Shown here piece by piece: positions 49,725 to 63,522 of a DNA stretch of 64,000 nucleotides. The DNA is from Isurus oxyrinchus (Eukaryota): contig JANJGN010000013.1 in assembly GCA_026770705.1 (NCBI GenBank), positions 104,346,001 through 104,410,000 on the forward strand. The letters are read 5' to 3'. Within the stretch, counting starts at the first letter, position 1. Each line of letters starts with the position of its first letter. Position numbers and translations under genes: made by a program. The notes below the pieces were generated by a model, which was given only the letters and a program-made list of their open reading frames with translations, did not search any database and had not been told where the DNA came from.

Positions 49725-52528
49725 ATAGATGTAAACAGGTATGATATAGTCCAGATTACTGAGACATGGCTGCAGGGTAACCAGGGATGGAAAATGAACA
49801 TCCAGGGGTATTCAGTATTTAGAAAGGACAGACAAAAAGGAAAAGGCGGTGGAGTTGCATTGCTGGTTAAGAGGAAATTAACGCACTAGTGAGGAAAGAT
49901 ATTAGCTCTGACAATGTGGAATCTGTATGGGTAGAGCTGAGAAACACTAAAAAACGTTAGTGGGGGTTGTATATAGACCCCCAAACTGTAGTAGTGATGT
50001 TGGGAATGGCATTAAACAGGAAATTAGAGATGCATGCAAGAAAGGAACATCTGTAATTATGGGTGACTTTAATATGCATATAGATTGGGCAAATCAAATT
50101 AGTAACAATACCGTAGAGGAGGAATTCCTGGAGTGTATACGGGATGTTTTTCGGGACCAATACACTGAGGAACCAACAAGAGAACAGGCCATCCTCGACT
50201 GTATATTGTGTAATGAGAAAGGAATAATTGGCAATCTAGTTGTGCTAGGCCCCTTGGGGATGAGTGACCATAATATGATAGGATTCTTCATCAAGATGGA
50301 GAGTGACGTAGTTGTTCCTGAGACTTGGGTCCTGAATTTTAATAAAGGAAACTCTGATGGTATGAGGCGCGAGTTGGCTATGATGGATTGGGAAACGTTA
50401 CTTAAAGGGATGACGGTGGATAGGCAATGGCAAACATTCAACGAGCGCATGGGTGAACAGCAACAATTGTTTATTCCTGTCTGGCGCAAAAGTAAAACAG
50501 GAAAGATGGCCAAACCATGGCTTACAAGGGAAGTTAGAGACAGTGTTACATGCAAGGAAGAGGCATACAATTTGGCCTGAAAAAACAACAGACCTGAGGA
50601 TGAGGAGCAGTTTAGAATTCAGCAAAGGAGGACCAAGGGATTGATTAAGAAGGGGAAAATAGAGTACGAGAGTAAGCTTGCAGGGAACATAAAAACTGAC
50701 TGTAAAAGTTTCTATAGATATGTGAAGAGAAAAAGATTGGTGAAGACAAATGTAGGTCCCTTAGAGTCAGAAACAGGGGAATTTATAATGAGGCGCAAAG
50801 AAATCGCTGACCAACTAAATACATACTTTGGTTCTGTCTTCACAAAGGAGGACACTAATAACATACCAGAAATGTTGGGCAACACAGGGTTTAGTGAGAG
50901 GGAGGAACTGAAAGAAATCAGTATTAGTTGGGAAATGGTGTTGGGGAAATTGATGGGATTGAAGGCCGATAAATCCCCAGGGGCTGATAATCTACATCCC
51001 AGAGTAGTTAAGGAAGCAGCCCTAGAAATAGTGGATGCATGGTTGGTCATCTTCCAAGATTCTATAGACTCTGGAACAGTTCCTGCAGATTGGAAGGTAG
51101 CTAATGTAACCCCACTATTTAAAAAGGGAGGCAGAGAGAAAACAGGGAATTGTAGACCAGTCAACCTGACGTCGGTAGTGGGGAAAATTCTAGAGTCCAT
51201 TATAAAAGGTTTAATAGCCGAGCATGTGGAAAACAGTGGCAGAATCGATCAGAGTCAGCACGGATTTATGAAAGGGAAATCATGCTTGACAAATCTACTG
51301 GAATTTTTCGAGGATGTAACTAGTAGAGTTGATGAGGGGAGCCAGTTGATGTGGTTTATTTGGACTTTCAGGAGCTTTCGACAAAGTCCCACATAAGAGA
51401 TTGGCATGTAAAAGTAAAGCGCATGGGATTGTAGGTAGTGTACTGAGATGGATAGAAAACTGGTTGGCAGATGGGAAACAAAGAGTAGGAATAAACAGGT
51501 CTTTTTCCAAATGGCAGGCAGTGACGAGTGGGGTAGCGCAGGGATCGGTGCTGGGACCCCAGTTATTCACAATATAAATTAATGATTTAGATGAGGGAAC
51601 TAAATGTAATATCTCCAAATTTGCAGATGACACAAAGCTGAGTGGAAGGGTCAGCTGTGAGGAGGTTGCACAGATGCTTCAGTGTGATTTGGACAAGCTG
51701 AGTGAGTGGGCAAATGCATGGCAGATACAGTATAATGTGGATAAATGTGAGGTTACCCACTTTGGTAGCAAAAACAGGAAGACAGATTATCTGAATTGCT
51801 ATAAATTGGGAGAGGGGAATGTGCAACAAGACCTGGGTGTCCTCATACACCATGCTGAAGGTAAGCATGCAGGTGCAGCAGGCGGTAAAGAAGGCAAATG
51901 GTACGTTGGCCTTTATAGCCAGAGGACTCGAGTACAGGAACAGGGATGTCTTGCTGCAATTATACAGGGCCTTGGTGTGACCACACCTGGAATATTGTGT
52001 GCAGTTTTGGTCTCCTTATCTGAGAAAGGATATACTTGCTATAGAGGAATTGCAGCGAAGGTTTAGCCGGCTGATTCCTGGGATGCCAGGACTGACATAT
52101 GAGGAGAGATTGAGTTGATTAGGATTATATTCGCTGGAGTTCAGGAGAATGAGGGGGGATCTCATAGAAACTTATAAAATTCTAACAGGACTAGACAGGG
52201 TAAGTGCAGGAAGGATGTTCCTGATATTGGGGGAGTCCAGAACCAGGGGTCACAGTCTGAGGATATGGGTTAGACCATTTAGAACAGGAGAAATTTCTTC
52301 ACCCAGAGAGTGGTGAGCCTGTAGAATTCGTTACCACAGAAAGTAGTTGAGACCAAAACACATTGTATGTTTTCAAGGAGTTAGATATAATTCTTGGGGC
52401 AAAAGGGATCAAAGGGTATGGGGAGAAAGCGGGGGCAGGCTATTGAGTTGCATGATCAGCCATGATCATAATGAATGGCGGAACAGGCTCCAAGGGCCAA
52501 ATGGCCTACTTCTGCTCCTAGTTTCTAT
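49725..52528 (+). mobile_element. Young CR1 ORF2 (EN+RT) lacking ORF1
   Basis: Long ORFs GVVYRPPN..MGDFN..SDHNMI (206 aa) and KSPGADNLHPRV..DWKVANVTPLFKKG (251 aa); FADDTKL; few disabling mutations. Confidence 0.95.
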
Positions 52529-52639
52529 CCTATCCAATTTATAATACAAAAACCAAGTTGTGCTTAATCTTAATATATATATATAAAACGGTACTACTTT
52601 CACAAAAAGCAGACTCCTTACAAAACTGATGCATATGGC

Positions 52640-53260
52640 AGCAAAAAATAGGAGCAAAAGTAGGCCATTCAGCCCTTCAGGCCTGCTCCATCATTCAATA
52701 AGAGCATGGTGATCTTCTATGAGATCAAGCATTTATCGCCCTCAGCCTTGAATATCCTCAACAACTAAGCAGTCACAATCCTCAAGGCAGATAAATCTAA
52801 AGATTCATAACTTTTCAAGTGAAGAAATTTCTCATCTCAGTCCGAAACGTCCGACCCTTTATCTGAGATTATGCCTCCTAGTTCAAGACTCTACAGACAC
52901 CAAAAACAACCTCTCAGTATCTACCCTTTCAAGCTCGCTAAGAATTTTATGTTTCTATGAAATCAACTTTCATTCTTCTGTACTCAAGAGAATGAGTGGA
53001 ATGGGCCTTTAGTTTCTCACAGGACAACTCTCATCCCAGGAATCAACTCTCTCATCCCAGGAATCAATCTCATGAAGCTTTGTTGCTCCTCTCTAGGACA
53101 GGTATATCCTTCCTTGGGTAAGGAGATTCAAATTATCCGGTGTACTCTAGGTGATGTCTGCAGGCTTCCCCATGCTTATACTCCAATCCCCTAAAGGCTA
53201 TCATACCATTTGCCTTCCTAAATGCTCACTGTATCTAACTTTCTGTGGTTAATGCACAAT
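52640..53260 (-). mobile_element. CR1 3' fragment, tail-to-tail with the previous copy
   Basis: aataggagcaaaagtaggccattcagccc...; homologous to 29830-30360. Confidence 0.85.
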
Positions 53261-53889
53261 GACTTCTCGTTGGCTCCAGATTTCAGCTCTAAGTCTGCAT
53301 CAGCTGATCTCAACACGTGCAGGAATCCAAGTGCAACATTTGGCTTCAGGGAGCATGAAAATAACTAATTAACCACAGTTCTCAACCCTGGTAGCTTTCG
53401 ACAGACTTCTGTTGGTTGGTGTACAATAGCCTAGTTTTCTAAATTTAATTTATTGTTTTTTGATACTTTGAAAAAAAGACAGGTAAATTTGTTTTTTTTA
53501 AAACAAGATAATGAATTTAATTTTGTTTGGTTTTGTGAAATCAGACAGCCAATAAAGTTGGCAGGGTGGGCAAATTTCTTCTCAAGTTTATTTGATGATG
53601 CTCACAAAACCATGAGATTCTTTCTTCAGTTACCTTTTTGATTCTGAATTTGTTCAGAGTAGCCCCCCCCCCCCCACCAATTATAGATTTTGCTCCTTTG
53701 TTCTTTAAGCTTCCGTTCTGGGCATTTCAAATGTACCCTTGAGTGCAGTGATCTTCATATTTTTCAAGCAAGGGCCTCTTTAGCAAAAAACCTACAACGT
53801 GAGTGCCACGTGGACTATTTTGCTAAATTATTATTGCTTACTACTCCTTCATGATATAATGTGGGATGTGCGTAACTAAAACAAAATTA

Positions 53890-54530
53890 CATATTATGTG
53901 GTTGTGGTTGTGTTCCTGAAAATCATGACTTTAACTGAAACTACTAAGTGAATCATCAGTTCCCATAGGAATCAATGTTAAAACTAGTTAGGAAATTCCT
54001 ACTGAATCAAAGAAAAAAAAACTACAACATTATACCCTCTAAATTGATATATTCTACATTGCTAAGTTCCTAAATTGGTAAATGATATAACTTATATTTT
54101 TAAACTTATTTTATTTTTAAAAGAAAAATGTAACTTCCTACATAAGTTACCTCTTGCCTGCCACGAATCCTGCTCCCTCACCCTCCTGGTGGCTGCAGAT
54201 CATCCTCCTTCCCAACCCTCAGCATTGTGGTCTCTACCCACAACCTTCCAGTTGCAGTCTCTTCCCCCTCTCTGACCCACCTTCTTGCAGAACCTCCAAC
54301 TCCTTGACGGACGCTCTCAACCACTTCCCTCTCCTGGATTTGCATTCCCATTCAAGATCCTGCCGCAACGCTGAGGTCAAGGAGGGGGGTAGGCAGCAAC
54401 TCGGAGGTTGAGGGTATGCCACAACTCGAAGATCAGGCAGTGGCCAGAGGCTGCTCCAAAGTGGCGCCAGACCAGTCACATGGAGAAACTACGTTATAAC
54501 AAATCTCACAACGCTCATCGAGATTACAGG
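53890..54530. mobile_element. Possible old Tc1/pogo (Tigger-like) non-autonomous DNA transposon remnant
   Basis: gactttaactgaaac...ttcccataggaatcaatgttaa resembles subterminal motifs of such elements (from memory); GC-richer interior; termini not resolved. Confidence 0.3.
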
Positions 54531-54939
54531 AAAAGGAGAGTCGGGGAGAAGCACTTAGTGAGGATGGCAGTCACCACTGGCTCGTAACAAAGAACAATGC
54601 TCTAGTGTCCCTTGGCAATTTCACAGTGGTCAGTTTTATTCTCTGCAATACGAATGTCAGCTTCACATCTGATTTCATGACCTCCTCCTTCCCCATGCAC
54701 AGCACTTTGCCAGTGAACTATGAATGTACAGAGGAATTCTCTGCAGTAAGAGCTCTAGCTCTACTCATAGTGGACATTATCAGCATTTCATCAAAATGAA
54801 CTCCAGCATCATGTATTCACTCCTGACATTAGGAGCAATCTTAAACACAAGTGAGAAACACAAATAGTTAAAAAATGACCAGGAAAAGACTTACAATAAT
54901 TTTATGGAACATGCTTATTTACCGTATTTTTTAAAAGTT

Positions 54940-55428
54940 GTTCACAGGATCTTTGCATCATTGGCTAGGCCAGCATTTATTGCCTATCCCTAATGTTTTT
55001 GGAGAAGGTGGTGGTGAGTTGTCTTCTGGAACTGCTGCAAGTCCATATGGTGTAGGTACATCCACAGTGCTGGTGGGAGTTCCAGAATTTTCACCCAGTG
55101 ACAGTGAAGGAATGGCAATATAGTTCCAAGCTTGGTCGGTGTGTCGTTTGGACGGAGAGCTTGCAGGCGGTGGTGTTCTCAATGCATCTGCTTGTCTAGG
55201 TGGTAGAGGTTGCAGATTTGGAAGATGCTGTTGAGGGAGGCTTGGCAAGTTGCTGCAGTGCATCTTGTTAATGGTACAAACTGCTGCCACCATGTGCCAG
55301 TGGTGGAGGGATTGAATGTTTAAGGTGGTGGATGGGGTGCTATACAAGCGAGCTTGCTTTGTCCTGGACGGTGTTGAGCTACTTGGACATTGTTAGAGCT
55401 GCATTCATTCCAGCAAGTGAACTGTATG
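54940..55428 (-). mobile_element. 3' fragment of the second CR1/L2-group LINE lineage
   Basis: Minus ORF NIQSLHHWHMVAAVCTINKMHCSNLP matches ORF 32026..32244. Confidence 0.88.
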
Positions 55429-57074
55429 TCCCCAGATTTTAACAAAACTGGCACTTTTTATCTTGGCAATTCTTGTTTGGATATCTAAATCATTCAGCCA
55501 GAGTTATTTTTACAGAGTCATCAATCTAAGAAACTGGCTAAACTACAGCTCAATGAATCAACTGATCAACATTTGTAAGATTAATTCTGGGGGTGAGAAA
55601 ACACATACTGCATCATGCAAAAATTCAATAGTGATAAATTCAAATGATACACAACAGCTTTTGCTGTTAAAGAAAGCAATGGCTATTATTATGCTGTTAA
55701 GACAATATACTTTGTTTCAATGTAACATTGTAGTTAATAAAATTCCTGCATTCACTAGCATCAGTTTCATGAGATATGCAATTTTCACAACACTAGGTTG
55801 AACAGCACAGTGGCACAGCACAGCAAGTTTGTAGAAAACAACATAATAAAGTAATATGATAAGTTCACAGCTGTAATTTGCTATGCATGTTTTCAATTTT
55901 ATCCATAGAGGAAAATGAATCAAAACTGAAGGAGAATTCACTACAGCTTCTTTATGTGCTTACTTGCTCCACTTAAGTCTCTCTGAGCTACAAACTATTC
56001 CCTGTTCATCGAAGTTGGCAGACTCCACTGCTGTTTGTACTGCAATATGAAAGCTGCATTTTATGAAAGCAAAAATGGTTTTCTTTTATTCATTCTTACA
56101 ATTGCTCTGCCAGGAAATGTAACCTATAGTGATTTTTAAAATCCTTTGGTCAATCTTTTTTTGCTCAAGTTAAGGGTCATCCACTTTTTCACTTCCATCC
56201 TTAGTATTATCAAGCAGTCTCAGGTTAGGTACTGCATGAAGACAAAGGGGACTGCTCCTTCTAATTCACCCAACGTAAAATGTAATCAACTGGGTTACTG
56301 TCAAGCTAAATGCAGTTTGTGGCTTGGAGCTTCTGCCAAGCTGGAACTGTGCCGATTGATTTGATGCAAATGACTGGGTAGCAAGAATGATTTCACCCTT
56401 GTCTAAGATAGATTTCATTCAGCTCCCAGAGGGTATTTGAATTATTAAATGCCTTTCATTTAATATTTACCTATGTTAATTCAGTCAGCCAGTAAAGTAA
56501 TTCCTGACATGAGTGCCCCTCAAATAATATCATGTGATAGTGGGAACTTTATATTCAATGTTCTCATGCACAAGAAAGGAAATGGTTAAGAAATCACTAA
56601 GAATATATAGCTGATGTGCTGGACAATATAAGGCACCCAAGACATCTTGGAATAAGGTAGCTTTTACAATTACGAACACATTGCAATGTGTGTATTATCC
56701 CATATATATATGCAAATGAAAAATGGTCACCATTTACTTGAAGCACTGCAAAGGATGCATCAAAACAGAGTCACCAAATTATTGATAAATGCATACAGCA
56801 GAAACTCAAGAAGGGACTTCAGAGTGGTGCAACACAGAGCAACACAATCCAAATTATTTTGCTGATACCTCCCCCAACTTTCCTCCTCCTTTTCTGGAAG
56901 GCTGTGGTTTATGCTCAAATACAATTCCAAATGCAGCAGGAAAGCTCTGGTACCTTGCCCAATGTGTGAACCTTGACAGTAATATCAACTTCAGCAGTCA
57001 CAGTCACTTGTACAGACAAAGGGAGGAATACCAACAAATCAGATGTCTCAAACCTCAGCCTAGATGAAAAAGAC

Positions 57075-58070
57075 AGAGAATCATCAAATCTTAAAGCACA
57101 AAAGGAGGCCACCTGGTCTGTTGTGCCTGTGGCAATGCTTTGAAACAGCAATCCAATTTCATTCCACATCTTAGCTATTTTCCATTAACCATTCAAATTA
57201 GTCATCTTCAAGTTTGAAGTTTCCTCTCGATTCTCCTTCCACCACCCTTTCAGTTAGTGCATTCCAAACTTTAACAGGCTTGTGTGTGAAAATATTCTCA
57301 TTTCCCCTCTCATTATTTTGCTAATTATTTAAAATCTATGACCACTGGTTACTGACCCATTCAACAGAGGAAACAGGCTTTCCCTTCTCACTCTGTCAAA
57401 ACACCTCAGAATTTTGAATACCTCTCGTAGATCTCCACTTTACCTTCTCTGCTTGAAGGAGAATAATCCCAGCTTCTGCAATCTACATAACTGAAGACAG
57501 TCATCTCTGGCATCACCCTGGGAAATGTCGCTGCACCTTTTCCAACAACTTTGCATTTTTGGTAATATTGTGCTCTGAATCGTGCATAATACTCCTTCCA
57601 GTGGAGACTGGGCCAGAGATTTGTAAAGGTTGAGCATGACCTACTTGTTTTGCATTCAACACTCCTATTTATAAAGCCGTGTGTCCCATTCATTTTCTTA
57701 TCCACTTATCAACTTGTCCTTCTGTCTTCAAAAATGTGAATTTTCACTCCAGGTCTCTCAGCTTTTGCAACCTGAACCGCACACCACATCTACCAACTGC
57801 ACCTCCCCCGCACCTCCCAAACAGCAAAATATCATTTAGATTAACATGTTGTTCCTCCCAAAGAGCATCACTTCAAACATATCCACATTAAATTAGATCT
57901 GCCACTTGTTTAACTGTTTCAGCAGTCTGCATATGTTCTCCTGAGGTTTGCTATTATTCTGCTCACTATTTGTTACATGGTCAAGTTTTGGATCACCCAC
58001 ATTTGTCCTCCTTATACCCAAGTTCAGGTCATTTAGCTATAACAAGAAAAGCAATAGTCCTCACACCAAC
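57075..58070 (-). mobile_element. Old CR1 RT/3' fragment
   Basis: aagcacaaaaggaggcc tail; MLNLYKSLA, RLQKLGLFSFKQRR. Confidence 0.8.
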
Positions 58071-58667
58071 ATGATCATAAATATTAAAGGTTTGAATGAA
58101 ATAACAACAGCATAAGAATCCGCATCTTTTGTTTAATCAAATGCTTTGATGTAGCTACCTTCTAGATTTTTCACCCTACTTCTAAGGTTCTACGTCTATT
58201 GTGACAGAATTTTAATTCTTGCCTATATTAATTATTCATGTTGTTTGGAAAGTTAAAGGAAATGAGCTTCACTATATGCCTTAATATCAATCACATTATA
58301 TTGCACACATAGCCAAAGGTGATAAATTCTGTACTGCAAACATTATCTAATAACAATGAAAATTCTTTAGTAAAAGTTACAACATGACCTTCAAGCAAAA
58401 TACACACATACATACTATTAAATTTTGCATCTGTTACATTGTATTTAGGTACTATATCATTCAAAGACATTTAAATGTCTTCCAAACTCAAACACAGAGG
58501 ATGAGCCCTAACTTGGATAAGTGATCTGCTGTGGCAAAAAAATACACTGAAATCTGTTCAAACTTGCATGTTGACTTCCCCTGCATCCATTTTATGCATA
58601 ACTGTTTTTGAGCAGGAAAGCATACATGCAGTGCAGAAATTCATCACAGAACATCACTGTTCAAATT

Positions 58668-58979
58668 AGTCGTTTGGTAGTGCAGAACTTGAGTATTGCT
58701 GAGAAAAAGAGGCCCATGTTTTGTCCAAGCTTTTTATCTTGCACTCTGATTGGTAGAGGTGTTGCCGTGGAGATTGCCATGTACTTGGCAGTTAACTGCC
58801 AGTCACCATCAACTGGTGCATTCTCCATGGCAACCCCTTTACCAGAGTCCACTTGCCAACCAGTCAGCAATCTCTTCTCATACAGAATAAATTTATATCC
58901 CCTGACATTGGTATTTTTGCAAACTGCCCTGATGAGTGGAAGACTAAAAGCTTTGACAAAAAATGTCTATTTCAACAGT
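58668..58979 (+). mobile_element. Second, older Penelope-like family: inverted partial pseudo-LTR with 12-bp TSD
   Basis: ACTGTTCAAATT at 58656-58667 and 58980-58991; 58692-58746 is an inverted copy of 58934-58982; degenerate hammerhead at 58925-58958. Confidence 0.7.
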
Positions 58980-59924
58980 ACTGTTCAAATTCACTTGCCA
59001 TTGCTACAAAGTAGCTTTTCCAAATTCATCATCTCTCCAAATTACAATTACCAATACAGAAAATTTCCCTTAAGCTACAGTATTGATGGAAATAAAGTTA
59101 TTAAAAACTAATGGTACCATTTGTTAAATTGTTCAAATCTTGGAATTATAAAAATTAATGTTTAAAAGCATTTGTATTGGTCAGCTTAGGCTATGTTTCA
59201 GAATTGTCTCATCAAAAACCAACAGTTGAATCATGACAGCTTTGCAAAATGTTCAACTTGGAGTTACTCAGAAAAATGATGCAAAAGGCAACTTTTTCAT
59301 CATCATAATTATTTTCTAGAATTATCTTAAATAATCCTCATCATTGAGCCACTGAAAACTTGCAAAAAAAAGGTTAAACAGCATTCAAGTTTGATTAATG
59401 TAATGTTATTTGGTCAATTGCATCTGGAGAAATATTACAGCTGTATTCAGTATATTACACCCAATTAAATGGTCATATTAAAACAGTCTATGATATTACA
59501 AGTTATAACACGCGCTCATGGAAAAGTGCAAATCTTTGAATATTTTATTCAGCTGCCTTTGTTTTGACTTTCAAATATCACTTAATTCTCTAAAAGTGAA
59601 CAGGTTTATTTGTCTCAATGACAGTCTAAAGTTCCATTCCAGAGTACAAGCATACAGTATTTTAAATTGGCAGTTTTGAAATAAAATGAAGTTGGATTAC
59701 ATAATGTGGCAGCACCAATAAAAATGTATATTCTATAACTATAGTCCTAAAATGTCCGGGAGCTAGAAGTTTAAGATCACTCCAACTAGCTTATCTGTGC
59801 CTTCACATTTAAACTTCTGTTAACTGCAGTTTCAAGACAGCAGGCAAATCTATGTGGAAAGCATTTTACCAAATGGCAATATAGATCTGAAGCATTCTTC
59901 TGTTGCATAACTGAAAGAATTACA

Positions 59925-60272
59925 TATTTTGAGCACACAATCTGGGTAAACATTTCAGTGCAGTGCTGAGGGTGCACTGCATTGTCAAAGGTCCCATCTT
60001 TTATGACTTCCCAATCTTCCTGTTCAGGAGAATGGAAACAATTTCAAGGCACCAACTGAAGGAACATTCTTCCACTGTCAATACTGATTCCTCTACTAAC
60101 ACAAACAGATTTCCTGGCTGTTCATCTCATTGGTGTTTGTGGGGCCTTGTGCTTGGATTGTTTTTAAAGCCAATGTACAGCCAATCGTGATTCCACTTAA
60201 AAAAGTAATTAATTGGCTGTTAAATTATTTAGGTCATCTTGGGGAAAAGGTGGTATATAAATGAAGTAATTC
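59925..60272 (+). mobile_element. DeuSINE (SacSINE1-like) remnant
   Basis: cagtgcagtgctgagggtgcactgcattgtcaaaggt...catctcattggtgtttgtgggg...aattggctgt...tatataaatgaagt. Family name from memory. Confidence 0.6.
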
Positions 60273-60359
60273 TTTAATGCTTGAAAAAACACAATTATTG
60301 GAGGCTCTTAGGTGCCCTCCTTGAGTAATGACAGATCTCCAAAATTATGAAACTCAAAA

Positions 60360-60525
60360 ACCCATTCCCAGTCTTCAGCTGCCATTTCACATGTGCACAC
60401 CTACATCAGCAGGCACTGACAAGTGATCAAGGACAGAAACCCTGAATAGTTTTCTTCTCCCTAAGGGTATCGAGGGAATATTATCGTTCTGACTAAACTT
60501 GGCTAATTCAGCACAGACCGAGAAT
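60360..60525 (-). mobile_element. Old SINE fragment (LF-SINE-like), related to 23430-23750
   Basis: gatcaaggacagaaaccctgaatagttttc and ggctaattcagcacagacc are reverse complements of motifs at 23490-23590. Confidence 0.5.
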
Positions 60526-60814
60526 ATCTTATTTTTAAATAAATGAAATATTTGAAAATATCCAACCTAAATATTAAGATTGGCAAATTGCCACTGAGAT
60601 AGGAATCACATGAGAATTAGCAGGCAATCCCAAAAGTGATAATGAAAGGTGTCAAAATTACATACTTGTAATTTTGAAGCCTGCACTACACAACAAATGT
60701 TGGAATAGCTCCAACTGTACAATGTGGTTTTGTTTCAAAGCTACTTCTGCAGTCATAGTCCATGTATTATTACAACTCATTTGTGCTTGGAAATTGCAGT
60801 ATTTCCTTCTTATG

Positions 60815-61185
60815 ATTTGTTACATGGAGTTACGCTGAAATTGAAACACAGAAATAGGCTATTTGGCCCAAGCAATTCATTTTAGTATTAACCTCCACGT
60901 GAACCATAGTGCTAATTTCACGTGCTCACCTTCAGCCACTCAGCCTATTCTTTGATACTGTATTGACGTGGTCTCTGCTTCAGTCACCAACTCAGGTAGT
61001 GCATTCCATACCTCTCTGCATAAATACGTTTCTTCAGTTCTTTGTTTGAAATCCCTTATATTTAATCTTATATCTATGTCCCTCATTAGGGCCCCTTAAT
61101 CATTAGCAATATGTTCCTATCTACTCTCTTCCATCTCTTAATTTAAACTTCACTTCATAACCTCCTCTATTCTGATGAGAACAGA
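60815..61185 (-). mobile_element. Very old CR1 3' fragment
   Basis: acacagaaataggctatttggccca tail; ggtagtgcattccata; aatcttatatctatgtccc. Confidence 0.6.
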
Positions 61186-63134
61186 GAACAAAAATGGGTT
61201 TTGTCAGCAGGTACAAGGGAGTGGGGCATGGTGAGTTGGTACAAAGCATGAGAACTCCTTGTTTATAGAAGCACAAACGCCAGTGTGGTAACTTGATCAG
61301 CTCCAGGAGGTTCCTATCACTTAACAGAACTAAATTTCAACATGCCCTATACCAAAACAGACTATCATCTATAGATTTTTTAAATTCAAATTTCTAACAC
61401 GAAAATAAATGCTGGTTTGCCCCTAAGCTTTACAAGCACAGGTTAGCTTAATCGCCAGCCTGTATGAAAGTGTCAGCATACAGGTGAATTAATGGGTTTA
61501 TTAGTTCTTCATAATTCTTAGCTTCAATTTCATTTGGGAGTTGGGGGAAGGGAAAGAACACGTCTTATTACCAAACTGCACATTGACCATTTAGTAACAG
61601 ATTAAAAATACCCCTGTATTTTCCATCTATAAGCAACTGGTAAAGAAATGGTAATGGCCTCTATCAACCATCTTTGCCTCCTTTGTTCTGTCTCTCCTTA
61701 TAAGCTGTTCTAAGGCCTCCTGATTCTAATAAAAGGTTGCTGAATTGAAATGTTAAATCCGCCATTCTCCAGAATTGGTTTGCTTGCAGCATTTTCTATT
61801 TTTATTTTATACTTTGATTTACATTTCCCGCTGTTCTTCCACATTGCCAAGATATTTCAAAGACAGATACAAATAATTTACTCCATCTGCTTTGTCAAAA
61901 TGCAGAACTATATGATAACGTACTGCTTCAATTAGCACCTTAAGGTCTTTCAAAGTTATTCAACTATAGTTGGTTTTGGCTCTTCTTTCCTTCTGTTCAT
62001 ATTCTTTTTTCCTCAACTGTGTGTGATTTCTCCACTTATTCCATTCTCAGAACATGAAGGCAACCACAGAAATCGCCATCATCCCAATGTCTTCACCACA
62101 GTCTAAATGTTGAAACAAAACCTCCCCCTCCCCACCCCCACTGCATATCTTACGTAAGTTTTACTAGTGTGCCTAAAAACTGAAATATGAAAATATTACC
62201 ATGGCTACAGACTGAATCAAGATCTCTCAGTATGTTAATGCACACTGCACCAGCGCACTGTACTATCATGCAGACTTCTCTTGTGTCTCTTAGCTCACTA
62301 TGTTTTGGGTGATCTCTTATTTGAAGTCTCTCCTCTCCTCTTCCTATTCCAAAAATGTTAGTTATAATTAAATTTCAATATAAACTCTATCATCAGTAAT
62401 ACAACACTTTTGAAACAAATAAACAGGTTTACGTGGCTTTCAGGAGCAATGACATGTGCCTAAGAAATGTATCGTTCAAAGAACCAAGTGGATATCAGGT
62501 CACTGGCATACTCATTACGTTACGAGCCGACCATGACATCAACTGAAATAAAACTCCTCATTGTGTCGGATAGCTTTCCATCGCACCATTCAGTGCAAGC
62601 TAAGATAATCCTTTTACTTGTCATATTTATCCAGACAACCATATGAGAGAGTCATTGACAATTTTTCACCTGATCTTGTATCTGCAAAAACAGATTCACA
62701 GCCTTTATTTTCCCAATAGTATGACCTTGATTCGATTAGTGTCTTCACAGCCGTTTAGAAAGTTAAAAAAAAGCATATCTTGTTTTATTAATATTTGAAA
62801 GAGTCAGCTAATAACTAATATTTCCACTATTAATGTATCACACTGCTCAAGCATCAAACAGATTAAAGATTTAATATCAACACAAAGCATTATAGCAGCC
62901 AGCCACAATATGTAAACAGATCCAACATTAGAATCAGATCAGAGAAAACTCTTATTAAAATCATTAGTTGGTTACAGAGATAGAACATTATGCAGACAGA
63001 CTCATTTCACAAATGGAAATCCGCATCTGACTGAAACAAAGCTGCAACCAGCCAAGAAAGAAACTATTTATCATCTGTATAACAACTGACCGAAGAAATT
63101 TACATAATAAAACCTAAGTAGTTTTAGTCACCTC

Positions 63135-63522
63135 TATATAAGAACAAATTTCTCTTTAGAAAGGACCTCCAAGTCCTCATGATATCCCAAAGCTTTTCAC
63201 AATCAATAGATTTTTTTGAAGTATTCAATGTTGTTATTAAAATCAGCAAATGCAGCAGCTAATTTACTCACACCAACGTCACACAAACAGTAAATTGAAT
63301 GAATGGCCAGATAATCTGCTTCTGGTTGTGCTGGTCAAGAGAGGAATGCTGGCCAGGACACAGATAGAACATCATAGTATTCAGCAAATAAGCCCACTGG
63401 ATCTTTTACATTCATCCATGTCGGGAACTAAGGCACTAGTTGAACATCTCATCTGAATCATGGCATCCCTGACAACACAGCACTGCCAAGAACTACAATA
63501 GCATGTCAGCTACATTATGCAA
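63135..63522 (-). mobile_element. DeuSINE (SacSINE1-like) remnant
   Basis: atcccaaagcttttcacaatcaat...gcagctaattt...acaaacag...ccagataatctg...ggatcttttacattca...catctcatctgaa, reverse-complementary to the 59925 copy. Confidence 0.65.

Noticed and set aside
53779-53827. 10-bp inverted repeat enclosing a CACGTG E-box as a regulatory element
   Set aside because: Arms are A/T-rich and a single E-box is expected by chance; no conservation evidence available.
58608-59111. 167-aa ORF as a novel gene
   Set aside because: It spans a TSD-flanked repeat insertion; no domain or splice support.
62420-62682. Cryptic minus-strand exon after a ttttgcag acceptor in a slightly CpG-richer patch
   Set aside because: Stops occur in all frames examined and no protein is recognisable.
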